NCBI GenBank assembly: GCA_963702205.1
Contig: OY969724.1
Span: 3,104,001 to 3,168,000, forward strand
Direction: 5' to 3'
Source: an uncultured candidate division Zixibacteria bacterium
Lineage (GTDB): Bacteria > Zixibacteria > MSB-5A5 > GN15 > PGXB01
Length of the DNA: 64,000 nt
Shown one piece after another: positions 52,941-63,523 of the stretch. The number at the start of each line of letters is the position of its first letter. Position 1 is the stretch's first letter. The position numbers and the translations under genes are program-made. Below the pieces are notes generated by a model, which searched no databases, was not told the DNA's origin, and saw nothing but the letters and a program-made list of their open reading frames with translations.

Positions 52941-53558
52941 CTATAATACCAGTTCCTGAAGTCGTTCATCGGCCTTGACATAATATGTGGAAAGCTTGAA
53001 ACTCGCCGTCATGGTCGGCTTGGAACCGACTTCCTTCGGGCCCGTATCGGCTTCGGTCGTCGCGATATTGGCGGCCGTGGTGGTCTCCAGCTTCATTTCG
53101 GATATATTCGCGATAAACGGGAAATTGGCTACATAGCCGATAAACTTCCCGAAATCGTTGTACGTTCCCGTCATTTCGATTTTGAACCCGGCCACATTAT
53201 AGAACTGTTCCGGAACCACCTCCAGGGGTTCTATTTTCGTGATGCGCGTTCCGGTCAGAGATGAAGCCGTGTGCAATTGCACCAGAAACGACGGAATCTG
53301 CTTTACTTCCGGGAGGAGTTGTTCGATGTCCTGATAACGGCTCAGGAGATCTTCGTATTCCAGCTTGAGAGCTTCCAGCGATTTGGATTTCATCTCCACG
53401 TTCTTCAGATTAGTAATCATGGTGGAGTATTCGGCCGTCAACTGATTAAGCTGGTTATTATATTTGGTATAAACACGGTTATACCAAAAATAGACAACCA
53501 CACCGAAAGCGATAACCGCGATGGCTATTTTCTGAACTTTGGGATCTCTGAAATCCAT
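52941..53558 (-). CDS. pilO: Type IV pilus protein PilO
   Basis: TM helix, coiled coil, LLPE..QIP, GTYNDFGKF. Confidence 0.88.
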   Translation of the reverse strand: MDFRDPKVQKIAIAVIAFGVVVYFWYNRVYTKYNNQLNQLTAEYSTMITNLKNVEMKSKSLEALKLEYEDLLSRYQDIEQLLPEVKQIPSFLVQLHTASSLTGTRITKIEPLEVVPEQFYNVAGFKIEMTGTYNDFGKFIGYVANFPFIANISEMKLETTTAANIATTEADTGPKEVGSKPTMTASFKLSTYYVKADERLQELVL

Positions 53559-53574
53559 AACTTCACTCTCTCAT

Positions 53575-54288
53575 CTATGAGCCACTGGTGACAGTCACCT
53601 GTTCCGCGGCCAGTTTTTCGAGTTCTTCTGCCGACAGGAAATGAACCGTGCAACCGAGTTCGAAACTGTAGACCTTCTGCTTGCCGAGTTCGACCTGTTC
53701 GGTGTTGCGTAAATCGACATTATCGAAATAGTCCGATCGCATCAGCTTGATCATAAACGAGGCCAGGGCGTTCAGAGTAAACGAGAACCCCTCGATCTTG
53801 ACGTCGCGCGTGGGAGGCAGGCCGGCTCCGGCCTGGGCCACGGTAACGGTATCGGTCTTGGCCATGTTTTTGGAGTTAGCCGCGGTCTTGGGAGCGGCTA
53901 TCGCAGTCGGGGCGACTTCTTCGAATTTCGACAGCCAGATGAAGTCCGGAACGTCACCGGACAAATCTTCCAGCAGCTTCACCCAGGCGCTCCGATGGCG
54001 GTCCAGCTTTTCGACAGCCGACATACGATCGGTAATCTTGGTTTTAATATCATTGAGAGCATCGACCAGTTGAATGTCCTTTTGCAGTTGCATGGTCCGG
54101 GCCCGGGCGATTTCCATCTGGCCCTTGAGTTCGCTGATCTGATGCATCTGGTATAACGAAATCGCTCCGATCATGAGGAGGACGCCGACCGCGGCGATGG
54201 CGGCATACATGCCGTGCTTGCCAATCGCGAAGCCTCCGGAGCGCTTTTTGAACTGCTTGGGCAGCAGATTTATTTCTATCATCGTCAT
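53575..54288 (-). CDS. pilN: Type IV pilus protein PilN
   Basis: INLLP N-terminal motif, TM helix. Confidence 0.88.
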   Translation of the reverse strand: MTMIEINLLPKQFKKRSGGFAIGKHGMYAAIAAVGVLLMIGAISLYQMHQISELKGQMEIARARTMQLQKDIQLVDALNDIKTKITDRMSAVEKLDRHRSAWVKLLEDLSGDVPDFIWLSKFEEVAPTAIAAPKTAANSKNMAKTDTVTVAQAGAGLPPTRDVKIEGFSFTLNALASFMIKLMRSDYFDNVDLRNTEQVELGKQKVYSFELGCTVHFLSAEELEKLAAEQVTVTSGS

Positions 54289-54292
54289 AGCG

Positions 54293-55345
54293 CTACCTTA
54301 CCTTCCTCATTGCCAATCCGACCGGGACGGTCAGGAGAGGGGCGATCTTTTCCGGTTCCAGGTATTGAAACATTTCCGGATCGAAATCTATATTTCTAAG
54401 CGGATTGAGAATTTCCAGCGGTATGCTCAGTTTGGACTGCAGGAACTCCGGCAAAAACGGCACCAGCGCGCCGCCTCCGGAAAGAACCATCCAGTCGATC
54501 CGGTCGACACCGGCCTGAGACTTGAAGTATGAAAAGGCCAGTTCCATTCCGGAAATTAATTCTTCGGTGGCCGAAACGACCGTAGCCTTAAGCATATCCT
54601 GGTCGATGGAATCCTTCATATCACCTTTGATGGCTTTATTGGCCAGCTCGGCGTTGAGCCTGAATTCTTTCTGAATGGAGTTGTAAATTTCGCGCGTCCC
54701 GGCGGAGATGTCACGGGTCGAATGATAAAAGCCTTCGTGGATATAAAGCACGTTGGTCACGTCGTAGCCGATATTCACGAGCACCGTCGTCCGCTCCGGG
54801 TCCACGTCGTAATTGAACAGGTAAGCGTTGAGAGCCGCAAAGGCGTCGACGTCGACCACGGCCGGCTGCAGGCCTGCATCGCTTATCAGTTCGATGAAGG
54901 AATTGAGAAATTCGTTTCGGGCTGCTACCAGGAGAATCTCCTGCTTCTTGGTTTCTTCGTCAACCCGGATTACGTGATGGTGCATCGTCACGTCTTCGAC
55001 GTCGAACGGGGAGCGCTGCTCCGCTTCGAACAAAATGGCCTGCTCCGCTTCGGAGCCGGTTTTCTTGTCGATCGTGAATTTATCGGTAATGACACCATAC
55101 CCGGATATTGAAACCACTACATCCCTGATCTTCGGGTCAACTTCGTCAATCAAAGACTGGATATTGAAAATGACGGCCTCGCGATCCTTGATCTCATCGG
55201 CCACAATAGCCTCGGGCGGAAGCTCCCTCATGCCCAGTGCCGAGACGGCAAAACCATCTTTGAGGCGATCAAGTTTGACCAGCTTGATGGAATTAGCGCC
55301 AACATCCAGACCGACTGCGGTTTTGTTCCTTTTGGTAAGTAGCAT
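54293..55345 (-). CDS. pilM: Type IV pilus assembly protein PilM
   Basis: VGLDVGA..IK, LLVAAR, LSGGGA, VGLAMR. Confidence 0.93.
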   Translation of the reverse strand: MLLTKRNKTAVGLDVGANSIKLVKLDRLKDGFAVSALGMRELPPEAIVADEIKDREAVIFNIQSLIDEVDPKIRDVVVSISGYGVITDKFTIDKKTGSEAEQAILFEAEQRSPFDVEDVTMHHHVIRVDEETKKQEILLVAARNEFLNSFIELISDAGLQPAVVDVDAFAALNAYLFNYDVDPERTTVLVNIGYDVTNVLYIHEGFYHSTRDISAGTREIYNSIQKEFRLNAELANKAIKGDMKDSIDQDMLKATVVSATEELISGMELAFSYFKSQAGVDRIDWMVLSGGGALVPFLPEFLQSKLSIPLEILNPLRNIDFDPEMFQYLEPEKIAPLLTVPVGLAMRKVR

Positions 55346-55612
55346 ATTTGCGTCTCTTTAGTGAAACTTTTTTTTTCAATCTTATTATTCTATCGTCATC
55401 TATTTCATAAAATTAACATCAATCAGTATGGCCCAATCGGATGTACCAGGTTTAATTTCGGGTTAAGGCCGCATTTGCTTTTTTTATCGGCTGAAATGTT
55501 CTTTTTTTTTACTCTAAATAGTTATTTTCCAATAAAAAACCCCCGTCGAAAGGCGGGGGCTTACCGGAGGATGAGAAAGAGGGAGACCCAATTCTAAAAG
55601 TCTAACACCTTG

Positions 55613-56149
55613 TTAGCCTTGGGGATTGTCCACCGAGGTTGTTCCATCCTGATTGATATACATGATCTTGCACCGGCCCGTAGAGGCTAACACGTTGATC
55701 TGACTCGTCTTATATGATTTTGACGAAGAATAGCGGATTTCCACGTCCCCGGTTTCGGAGGCCGTCCCATTCGGCTGGAAAACCACGGACGAGGTTGTAA
55801 ACGAAGTGTAGCTGCCGGCATAGTTGACTTCCACGCTGTCAACGTCGACTATCGGATCAGCCCCGACGTCGTACTGCGAAGAGCCCGGATTGATTGAATC
55901 CTTGAACATGACAACCAATCCTCTCGAGAAATCGAAATTCACCCCATAGGGCGTCTTTTCCGAAATAGCCATCGACCGGGCCGTTCTGAGCATGGATGTG
56001 ATGTTCTTGGCCTGACTGCGGAAACGAACCTGCTCGATGCCCCGCTCAAAGAACGGAGTGGCCATAGCCGCCAGAATCCCGACAATTACGACTGTCGTCA
56101 TGATCTCTATTAACGTGACACCGATCTGAGACTGCAATTTCTTCTTCAT
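55613..56149 (-). CDS. FimT/GspH-like prepilin
   Basis: G/VTLIE class III signal peptide, LRTARSMAI. Confidence 0.85.
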   Translation of the reverse strand: MKKKLQSQIGVTLIEIMTTVVIVGILAAMATPFFERGIEQVRFRSQAKNITSMLRTARSMAISEKTPYGVNFDFSRGLVVMFKDSINPGSSQYDVGADPIVDVDSVEVNYAGSYTSFTTSSVVFQPNGTASETGDVEIRYSSSKSYKTSQINVLASTGRCKIMYINQDGTTSVDNPQG

Positions 56150-56190
56150 AATATATACCTGATTTAAGTTTATTCTCTGGCCTTTATATT

Positions 56191-56206
56191 TGCATAACTA
56201 ATGCCG
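56191..56206 (-). promoter_or_regulatory. Sigma54 -24/-12 promoter
   Basis: CGGCATTAGTTATGCA (GG-N10-GC) about 42 nt upstream of the pilin ATG. Confidence 0.6.
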
Positions 56207-56443
56207 ATTACTGGAAAAACATAAGAGGCGATTGCAGTTAAATTAGCCGCTTATTTGACAAGCACTTAGAGACGCTTAGCGGAGATTGAATTGTTTTACG
56301 GCCTTTATATCTCGTATAGATTTTAGTGGATATATGGGATTTGTCCCACATATCTTGATATAAACCCATTTTTGATGGAACATAAGGGTAAACAACCTGA
56401 TTTAATACATAAACCCGCCGCCATAGATAACAACCGGGAAATT

Positions 56444-58756
56444 ATGAGAATACTTCGATATTGTTTTATCATAACCTTGCTTCTGGGCCTAAATGCAGTC
56501 GCCGAAACGGGCCCCAATTTCATGGCTTCGGCATTCGTACGCCCTGTGCAGCCGGATAAAATTTATCCCGCCCTGGCGGACAAAATCGCCGCCTCTCCGC
56601 AAGCGCGGATAAAAATCTGGACCTTCTTCACCGACAAAGGTTTTACCGATAATGCCGGCTTCCGTCGGGCCGCCAGCTCCCTGTCCCTGACCGACAGGTC
56701 TATGTCTCGGCGGGCCAAGATGGGTTTGGACGGCATCGTGTTTGCCGACATTCCCGTTTCCGAAAATTATATAGCGAACATAGAAAATCTCGGAGCCGAA
56801 TTCCGCCGATCATCAAAATGGCTGAACGCCGCGAGTTTTGAAATCGACGCAAACCTTCTGGATCGTATCGCCGCCCTGCCGTTCGTGGCCGAGATTCGCC
56901 CGGTGGCCGGTTTTAAAATGGAAAAACCGGTCTCGCCATCTGAGGAACAGTTGAGACTCCCCCCGATTAAAGCTCAATCTGACGCTCTTAATTATGGTGC
57001 GTCATTCGGCCAGGTGAGTATGATCAACGCTCCCGCCCTGCACCAGATGGGTTACAACGGTCAGGGGGTGGTCGTGGCCATTTTCGACACGGGCTTTTTC
57101 AAAGTGCACGACGCCTTCGCCCAAGCCATTGCCGATGGCCGCTTGCTGGCGGAGTATGATTTCATTAACAACGACGGCAATACTCAGAACGAGGGCGACG
57201 ACGTTACCGGGCAAGAGAGCCATGGAACCGAAACTTGGTCGGCGCTCGGTGGAGATGCACCGGGGCACGTGATCGGTCCGGCCTATGGAGCGACGTTCCT
57301 CCTGGCCAAAACCGAAGATATTACCAGCGAAACGCCGGTCGAGGAAGACAACTGGATTGCCGCTCTGGAATGGGCCGACTCTCTTGGCGCGGATATTGTG
57401 TCGTCATCGCTCGGATATATTGATTGGTACACTTATGCAGACCTGAACGGCCTGACGGCCCCCATTACGCTCGCGGCCAATACCGCCGCCGGTCTGGGCA
57501 TACTGGTCTGTAACTCGGCGGGCAATGGCGGCAGCGGCCCCGGAACCATCAACGCCCCGGCCGATGCTTTCAATATCCTGTCCGTTGGAGCGGTACAGCC
57601 CGACCGCACGATCGCGTCGTTTTCTTCGCGGGGACCGACTTATGATGGCCGTATCAAGCCCGAGGTTTGTGCCCAGGGAGTATCGTGCGCTCTGGCCAGT
57701 CACAACGCTGTCAACGCTTACACATCGGGCAACGGGACGTCTTTTTCCTGCCCGCTGGTGGCTGGCGTTGCAGCCCAGCTTCTTTCGGCTCATCCGGAAT
57801 ATACTCCTTATATGTTGCGCGACGCCTTCATGCAGACGGCCGACCGGGCTTCAAGCCCGGACAATAACTATGGCTGGGGCATTATCGATGCCCTGAGGGC
57901 CTTCAACTGGGGAGCTAATTTCACGGTCGACACCGCGTTCGGCGTGGGCAGCCTGACCGTTCAGTTCACCGACAGTTCGTCGGTGACGGCCTCAAGCCGG
58001 ACCTGGTATTTCGGTGACGGAGATTCTTCCACTGCCGTAAATCCCGTGCACTATTATGCTGCGCCCGGCATGTACGATGTTTCGCTGGTGCTGCAATCGG
58101 TAGAAGGCACGTTGGTGCGCCACAAGCTAAATCTGATTGATATTGTCGCCGATACGGTGCAGATAGCCTCGGATTCGGCTTATGCCGGACAGGAACTGGC
58201 CATTTCCATAAACCTGACGAATTTCATTGACCTGAACAGAATTACCATTCCACTGAGCTTTCAGGAAAATGGTCTGGCCCATCTCGACTCGGCTGCGCTG
58301 GGAAACCGGACGGCCGGAGTCAGCCAGTTGTCCGAATTGTATCGCAATGATGCCACCGGTGAAATTACTTTCGAGGCGGTGACGAACAATATGGACAACC
58401 TGATTACCGCCGGGACAGGTGAAATCTTCAAACTGTATTTTTCGACCGATTCCCTGGCCGAATCGGGGACGCTCGATCAACTGACAATAGTTCCGGTCGG
58501 GGGTTACAATCTTGAATTGGCCAATGACAGGTTCGTATATAAGCCGTCCCACACAAGCGGACAGGCCGTCATCAGGACCGTCCTGCGCGGCGATTTCAAC
58601 AATTCCGGGACGCTCAATCTGCTGGACATTCTGGGTATGATCGGTTATTTGTACGAGTCTGGAAGCGCTCCCCTGACCATCGAAAACGGCGATGCCAATT
58701 CGGATAATACCATCTCGCTCACCGATATTCTGACGCTTATAGATATACTATATTAA
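56444..58756 (+). CDS. Secreted S8 peptidase with PKD, cohesin-like and dockerin-like domains
   Basis: IFDTG, HGT, GTSFS triad; WYFGDG; GDFNNSG..NLLD and GDANSD..SLTD. Confidence 0.9.
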   Translation: MRILRYCFIITLLLGLNAVAETGPNFMASAFVRPVQPDKIYPALADKIAASPQARIKIWTFFTDKGFTDNAGFRRAASSLSLTDRSMSRRAKMGLDGIVFADIPVSENYIANIENLGAEFRRSSKWLNAASFEIDANLLDRIAALPFVAEIRPVAGFKMEKPVSPSEEQLRLPPIKAQSDALNYGASFGQVSMINAPALHQMGYNGQGVVVAIFDTGFFKVHDAFAQAIADGRLLAEYDFINNDGNTQNEGDDVTGQESHGTETWSALGGDAPGHVIGPAYGATFLLAKTEDITSETPVEEDNWIAALEWADSLGADIVSSSLGYIDWYTYADLNGLTAPITLAANTAAGLGILVCNSAGNGGSGPGTINAPADAFNILSVGAVQPDRTIASFSSRGPTYDGRIKPEVCAQGVSCALASHNAVNAYTSGNGTSFSCPLVAGVAAQLLSAHPEYTPYMLRDAFMQTADRASSPDNNYGWGIIDALRAFNWGANFTVDTAFGVGSLTVQFTDSSSVTASSRTWYFGDGDSSTAVNPVHYYAAPGMYDVSLVLQSVEGTLVRHKLNLIDIVADTVQIASDSAYAGQELAISINLTNFIDLNRITIPLSFQENGLAHLDSAALGNRTAGVSQLSELYRNDATGEITFEAVTNNMDNLITAGTGEIFKLYFSTDSLAESGTLDQLTIVPVGGYNLELANDRFVYKPSHTSGQAVIRTVLRGDFNNSGTLNLLDILGMIGYLYESGSAPLTIENGDANSDNTISLTDILTLIDILY

Positions 58757-59407
58757 GTATTCGGTCAACTGGCAGAAGGTATCCAGCACCAGGTCCGGCT
58801 CAGATTCCATAAATCCGCTATCATTGCCAAAGGGTGACCTGATCCCGATCACAAACACTCCGGCCGCCCGGGCGGCCAGAATATCGTTGACCGTATCGCC
58901 CACCATGACGGTTTGTTCCTTCTTCGCACCCAGTTCGTGCAATATAAATTTAACCTGTTCCGGGTCGGGCTTGATTTCCGAGACATCATCACCGCCGGAC
59001 ACGGCGGCAAAATAGTTCACCCAACCGAGGCGTGATAAAATACTTTCAAGATGTTTGCGACACTTGCTGGTCGCCAGGGCCAGCCTGTGGCCGTTTGCAG
59101 CCAGCAGACTCATAGTCATTTCGACGCCATCGAATGGTCGTGCCGCATTGACAATAACATGGTTGCCAATCTGCCGAAATATCCTTTTGAATGCTTCAAA
59201 ATCGTCGGCCGGATAATCCCCATAAAGAAGCTCAAGAGGAAATCCGATGCATTTCTTGATTTCGTCATCGCTCCGGGAAGGCAGCCCCAGCCGTTCGAAG
59301 GCTCCCCTGGCGGCGGCGATGATCCCGGACGAGGAGTCAATCAGGGTGCCGTCGAGGTCGAATATTATGTTGCACACATTTGCAAATTTATCGCGATTGT
59401 CAGCCAT
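58748..59407 (-). CDS. HAD-family phosphatase (Gph-like)
   Basis: FDLDGTLIDS, KPDP, MVGDT.ND. Confidence 0.9.
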   Translation of the reverse strand: MADNRDKFANVCNIIFDLDGTLIDSSSGIIAAARGAFERLGLPSRSDDEIKKCIGFPLELLYGDYPADDFEAFKRIFRQIGNHVIVNAARPFDGVEMTMSLLAANGHRLALATSKCRKHLESILSRLGWVNYFAAVSGGDDVSEIKPDPEQVKFILHELGAKKEQTVMVGDTVNDILAARAAGVFVIGIRSPFGNDSGFMESEPDLVLDTFCQLTEYLI

Positions 59408-59813
59408 GTATCTCACTTCCCAAAAATGCGTTGCGGTGTAGATTATCAGCACAAAAAAGCATGTAATTCACAAAAAACAACCCTTTTGATCCACAATTTT
59501 TCGGCGCTGGAATCCGGGGCGGTTCAACCCGGCTAATAATCCCTTGCGCGACAAGGGCTAAACCCTGCGGAAAAATAGATTTCATTTCAATGGTGCATGA
59601 TTCGTATTTATGACGGATGAAACTAATCTCGTACATCCCGGCTTGGCAGACTTCATGCTGTTTACGTATTGCGGAAAAATAAATGAAACGTTAAAATACA
59701 TATGTGCGTTAAATTATTAAAATATAACAACCCCAAAGTTGGCTTCAACCCTTCGAACCCTCATAGAAGTGCGGATGATCGTCAGCCGGGTTTATTGCAT
59801 TGGAGGTAATAAC

Positions 59814-61658
59814 TTGAAAAAGTTCACGCTTACGATACTCGCCTTGACCACGTTTTTGATGGGATTGATCTGGGTCGTCGGCTCCGGTGAAGCGACACCT
59901 CCTCCAAAAACCAATACCGTTTATTTAAGCGGTACGACCGATATAAACGTGGCACCCCAGTCGGAGGCCGCCGGAGAGGTCAAAGAGGAAGATTCCAAAG
60001 AGACGTTTTTCAAGGAAATCAAAAAATTCAATCAGACGGTGTACGATATCAAGAACCGTTATATGGAAGACGTCGACACCCGTCAGCTTATCAATGCCGG
60101 GATACGCGGTATGCTGGACCAGCTCGATCGTTTTTCGGTCCTGATGGAAAAGCAATCGTACGATCGGCTGATGGAATCGACCAGCGGCAAGTACGAAGGT
60201 CTCGGAATAGAAATCGACGCCCGCGACCATTATATTATCGTCGTGACAACGTTTGAGGGCTCGCCCGCGTACAAGAAAGGGCTCCACTCCGGCGACGTTA
60301 TCGAAAAAATCGAAGGCCAGTCGACTTATGATATGACTACCAGCGACGCCTCGCATCTAATGCGCGGCCAGGCCGGCACGGCGATCAACATCTCGATCAA
60401 GCGGCAGGGCATCCCCGACCTGCTCGATTTCAACATCGAACGGGCCGTCATCGAACTCAAATCGGTTAATTTCTATGGAGTCGTCGATAATTCCAACGTC
60501 GGCTATATCCGGCTGTCTCGTTTCGCCGAAGAAACCAGCGCCGAACTGCGTGAAGCGGTCGATAGTCTCAAAAAAGCAGACGTTGGCAGCATTATACTCG
60601 ACCTCCGCTCCAACGGCGGCGGACTTTTGCAGCAGGCGGTGGAAACGGCCGAGTTGTTCATAGAAGAAGGCAAACTGGTTGTTTACACGAAGGGTCAGGA
60701 TCCCAATTCCGAAATACGCCATTATTCCCGTCGTCTGCCGCTTTTCCCTGACAAACCGATGGTTGTCCTCGTGGATGAAGGCACGGCGTCGGCGTCGGAA
60801 ATCGTCTCCGGCTGCCTGCAGGATTGGGACCGCGCCGTCATTATGGGCCAGCCGACGTATGGCAAAGGTTTGGTACAGCAGATATTTCCTATCGGCGACG
60901 ATGACGACGCCAACCTGAAGCTGACTACGGCCAAGTACTATGTTCCGTCGGGCCGCTGCATCCAGCGCCCCGAGCGCCAGAACAAGCCGGGCCACAACCC
61001 CGATGAAATGGCCGCCGTGTCAGATTCTCTGGCCAGCGACAGCCTGTCCGGCGATACTTTGAAAACGGCTGAAAAAGAAATTTACTACACCAACGGTGGG
61101 CGCGTGGTATATGGCGGCGGCGGTATCACGCCCGACGTCGAGCTCGATCCCCCGGCGTATTTGACGCCGATCGAGATTAATCTCGAACGTCAATCGCTGT
61201 TCTTCGATTTTGCGGTGGCTTACGTGGCCGAACATCCCGATTTGGGCCTCAATTTTGAAGTGACCGATGATATGATCAGTGAATTCAAGAAATTCATCAA
61301 GAGCAAGGACTTCACCTATAAAACGGCAATGGAAGTCTCTCTCGACAACATGAAGAAAGTGGTCGACGATGAAGACAAGGGTCCGCTTTTCAGCAAGTAC
61401 ATCGGCGAATTGGAAGGTCAGATTGAAAAAGAGAAAGATTCGGACTTTACCAAATCGCGGGATTATATAGCCAAATCGATCAGGCGCGAACTGGTCGCCA
61501 ATCTCGGCGGACAGCGTGCCGTCTATGAGCAGATCATACTTAAGACCGATCCTTCCGTCCAGAAGGCCGTGAAGCTGCTGGAAAATCCGGAAGATTACAG
61601 CGCCAAATTCACGACCAAGGGTACGACAGGTCAGAAACCCGACGAAGGAAGCAATTGA
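59814..61658 (+). CDS. ctpA: S41 C-terminal processing peptidase
   Basis: PDZ domain, LDLRSNGGGLL, TASASEIV, YGKGLVQ; GGAGG RBS before TTG. Confidence 0.93.
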   Translation: MKKFTLTILALTTFLMGLIWVVGSGEATPPPKTNTVYLSGTTDINVAPQSEAAGEVKEEDSKETFFKEIKKFNQTVYDIKNRYMEDVDTRQLINAGIRGMLDQLDRFSVLMEKQSYDRLMESTSGKYEGLGIEIDARDHYIIVVTTFEGSPAYKKGLHSGDVIEKIEGQSTYDMTTSDASHLMRGQAGTAINISIKRQGIPDLLDFNIERAVIELKSVNFYGVVDNSNVGYIRLSRFAEETSAELREAVDSLKKADVGSIILDLRSNGGGLLQQAVETAELFIEEGKLVVYTKGQDPNSEIRHYSRRLPLFPDKPMVVLVDEGTASASEIVSGCLQDWDRAVIMGQPTYGKGLVQQIFPIGDDDDANLKLTTAKYYVPSGRCIQRPERQNKPGHNPDEMAAVSDSLASDSLSGDTLKTAEKEIYYTNGGRVVYGGGGITPDVELDPPAYLTPIEINLERQSLFFDFAVAYVAEHPDLGLNFEVTDDMISEFKKFIKSKDFTYKTAMEVSLDNMKKVVDDEDKGPLFSKYIGELEGQIEKEKDSDFTKSRDYIAKSIRRELVANLGGQRAVYEQIILKTDPSVQKAVKLLENPEDYSAKFTTKGTTGQKPDEGSN

Positions 61659-61678
61659 TCGGATAGAACCAGAACTTG

Positions 61679-61709
61679 ACGCCCCGACCGAAATCGGGGC
61701 GTTTTTTTT
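61679..61709 (+). terminator. Rho-independent terminator
   Basis: ACGCCCCGA..TCGGGGCGT followed by a T run. Confidence 0.75.
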
Positions 61710-62106
61710 ATTTGAATTCGAGATTGCGAATCAGCCAGCGGTCTTTTTCTTTGCCGAGCGTTATCTCCAGCGGACGGCCCTTGTCGTCCTGCGTGGCCAT
61801 TACGACACATTTGACCACGGCCCTGTCTTTGGTGTAGAAAAATTCCCTCTGCCCGAACGAGTAGAAACTCTCGCCGCCGCCGTAAATGGCGCTTATGATG
61901 CCATTGGCGTCGAGATTGTTCTGGGCGGCGTCGGACGACAACAGAGAATCTATTTTGACCGGATTTTTGTCGTATAGAGCTTCCTGAAACTGCGCCAGGG
62001 AATCCTTGATTACCGGGATTTCGTCTCTCGGAGGATTTTTGTCCGCGCACGCAACAAACATCGCGGCCAGCAACATACCGATTATTGGATAAGTGTATTT
62101 TTTCAT
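61708..62106 (-). CDS. Hypothetical lipoprotein (NTF2-like?)
   Basis: Lipobox FVAC. Confidence 0.7.
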   Translation of the reverse strand: MKKYTYPIIGMLLAAMFVACADKNPPRDEIPVIKDSLAQFQEALYDKNPVKIDSLLSSDAAQNNLDANGIISAIYGGGESFYSFGQREFFYTKDRAVVKCVVMATQDDKGRPLEITLGKEKDRWLIRNLEFK

Positions 62107-63512
62107 CGGTTCAACGCCTTCTGCAGGGAATAGAATCCAAAACCTTCCGGTGCCGCTACGCCATCCGCTTCAATCCGTTTCATTACTTTATCCACGACCA
62201 GGTTCCAGCACCAGTATTTAACACCGCGCAGATAACGGCCTTCGTCGCTGCTGCTGAATTCTTTCTCGACCGCTTTCTTCAGGCTGTCGACGTAGGGTAT
62301 CGCTCCGTCCATCAGCATGGAAACCGGCTTCTGCACTTTTTCATCGGTGTACGTATAAAAAATGGCGGAGCTGTCGCGCACGAAGGACCAGTCGACTCTC
62401 TTATGCTTGAGGAAATCGTCCCGGTAATTCTGGCCGCATATGATTGGCATCGCGCTGGTTCCGCAATGCAGCTGATATACATTTTTATCCGGAATGAAAT
62501 AATAAAATCCCGGACTCGTGTTTTCAGGCGATCCGCTGACAAGGTACATATAGTCGGACATATAGGCGTTGCACGGATCGGACAGCTGGAAAATATTGAA
62601 AACATTACCGTTATTGACGAATTCCCGGCCCAGTACGTTCCACAGATACAGGCACAATATAACCGGGTGTTTGTGATGCAAAATCGACCCCGGGTCGAGA
62701 ATATTGTTCTCCTGGCCGGTAATCTCCCCACCGGCCACCATGGCTTTCACCGTACTATCGTAAAGCGGCATATTCTTCTCAATGACACTTACCAATCCGT
62801 CCACGGTTGCATCCATGGCCGGTCGCAGACGTTGGACGCGGCTGTCGTTTATGACGTTAAACGTAAGCATGGGCTGATCTGCGACTATTTTCGCGTATCC
62901 GTACGTCACCAGCGTGTCGATCTCCGAGCGCACGAAATCATCATCGGTCCCGGTAATCTGGGCAATTTCATCGACACTTTTGCCCTGCGACAGGAAATAG
63001 GTCAATATGCGGCCGAAATCGTTGTCGTAGACGGCCGTCTTATCCACGTAATCGGGAACCATCAGATCCCCGTTCAAGGCCGCACTCAAACTCGCCGGCA
63101 TTAAAAACGAATGACTGAAATCTTTGGAAAATACCTTCTGAGATTCCATGACCCGGTCGAGGGTATCGACGACCGAATAGACGGACAGGTTGATATTACA
63201 AATCCCATAATTGGCCGGAATACCTATCGGCAATTCCTCTTTGGCAGACGCCCCGGGTTCGAGAATCTCGGACCCCCGGTTCATCCTCCACGGTGACAAT
63301 TTTCCACCGGAATAACTCAGGGTCACGATTGTCGTCAGATATTTTAAATCTTCGGTATTGTTTTGGGCAGTGAAAGAAACGGTCCGGTTTCCCCACGCCA
63401 ATTTTGAAACGGCCGCGTCCGTAACGTCGACGTCGGCGGCCAGGGCGGACATCGCAATCATTACCGCCAGAATCGTAAGAATCATGATCCGACCGGTTTT
63501 AAGCATAACCAC
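62103..63512 (-). CDS. Secreted hypothetical protein
   Basis: Signal peptide; long ORF coupled to its neighbours. Confidence 0.7.
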   Translation of the reverse strand: MVMLKTGRIMILTILAVMIAMSALAADVDVTDAAVSKLAWGNRTVSFTAQNNTEDLKYLTTIVTLSYSGGKLSPWRMNRGSEILEPGASAKEELPIGIPANYGICNINLSVYSVVDTLDRVMESQKVFSKDFSHSFLMPASLSAALNGDLMVPDYVDKTAVYDNDFGRILTYFLSQGKSVDEIAQITGTDDDFVRSEIDTLVTYGYAKIVADQPMLTFNVINDSRVQRLRPAMDATVDGLVSVIEKNMPLYDSTVKAMVAGGEITGQENNILDPGSILHHKHPVILCLYLWNVLGREFVNNGNVFNIFQLSDPCNAYMSDYMYLVSGSPENTSPGFYYFIPDKNVYQLHCGTSAMPIICGQNYRDDFLKHKRVDWSFVRDSSAIFYTYTDEKVQKPVSMLMDGAIPYVDSLKKAVEKEFSSSDEGRYLRGVKYWCWNLVVDKVMKRIEADGVAAPEGFGFYSLQKALNR

Positions 63513-63523
63513 ACTCCTTATTA

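Noticed and set aside
62085..63104. Long antisense ORFs (e.g. 339 aa here, also 34997-35737 and 42802-43563)
   Set aside because: Shadow ORFs opposite well-supported genes, with no motifs
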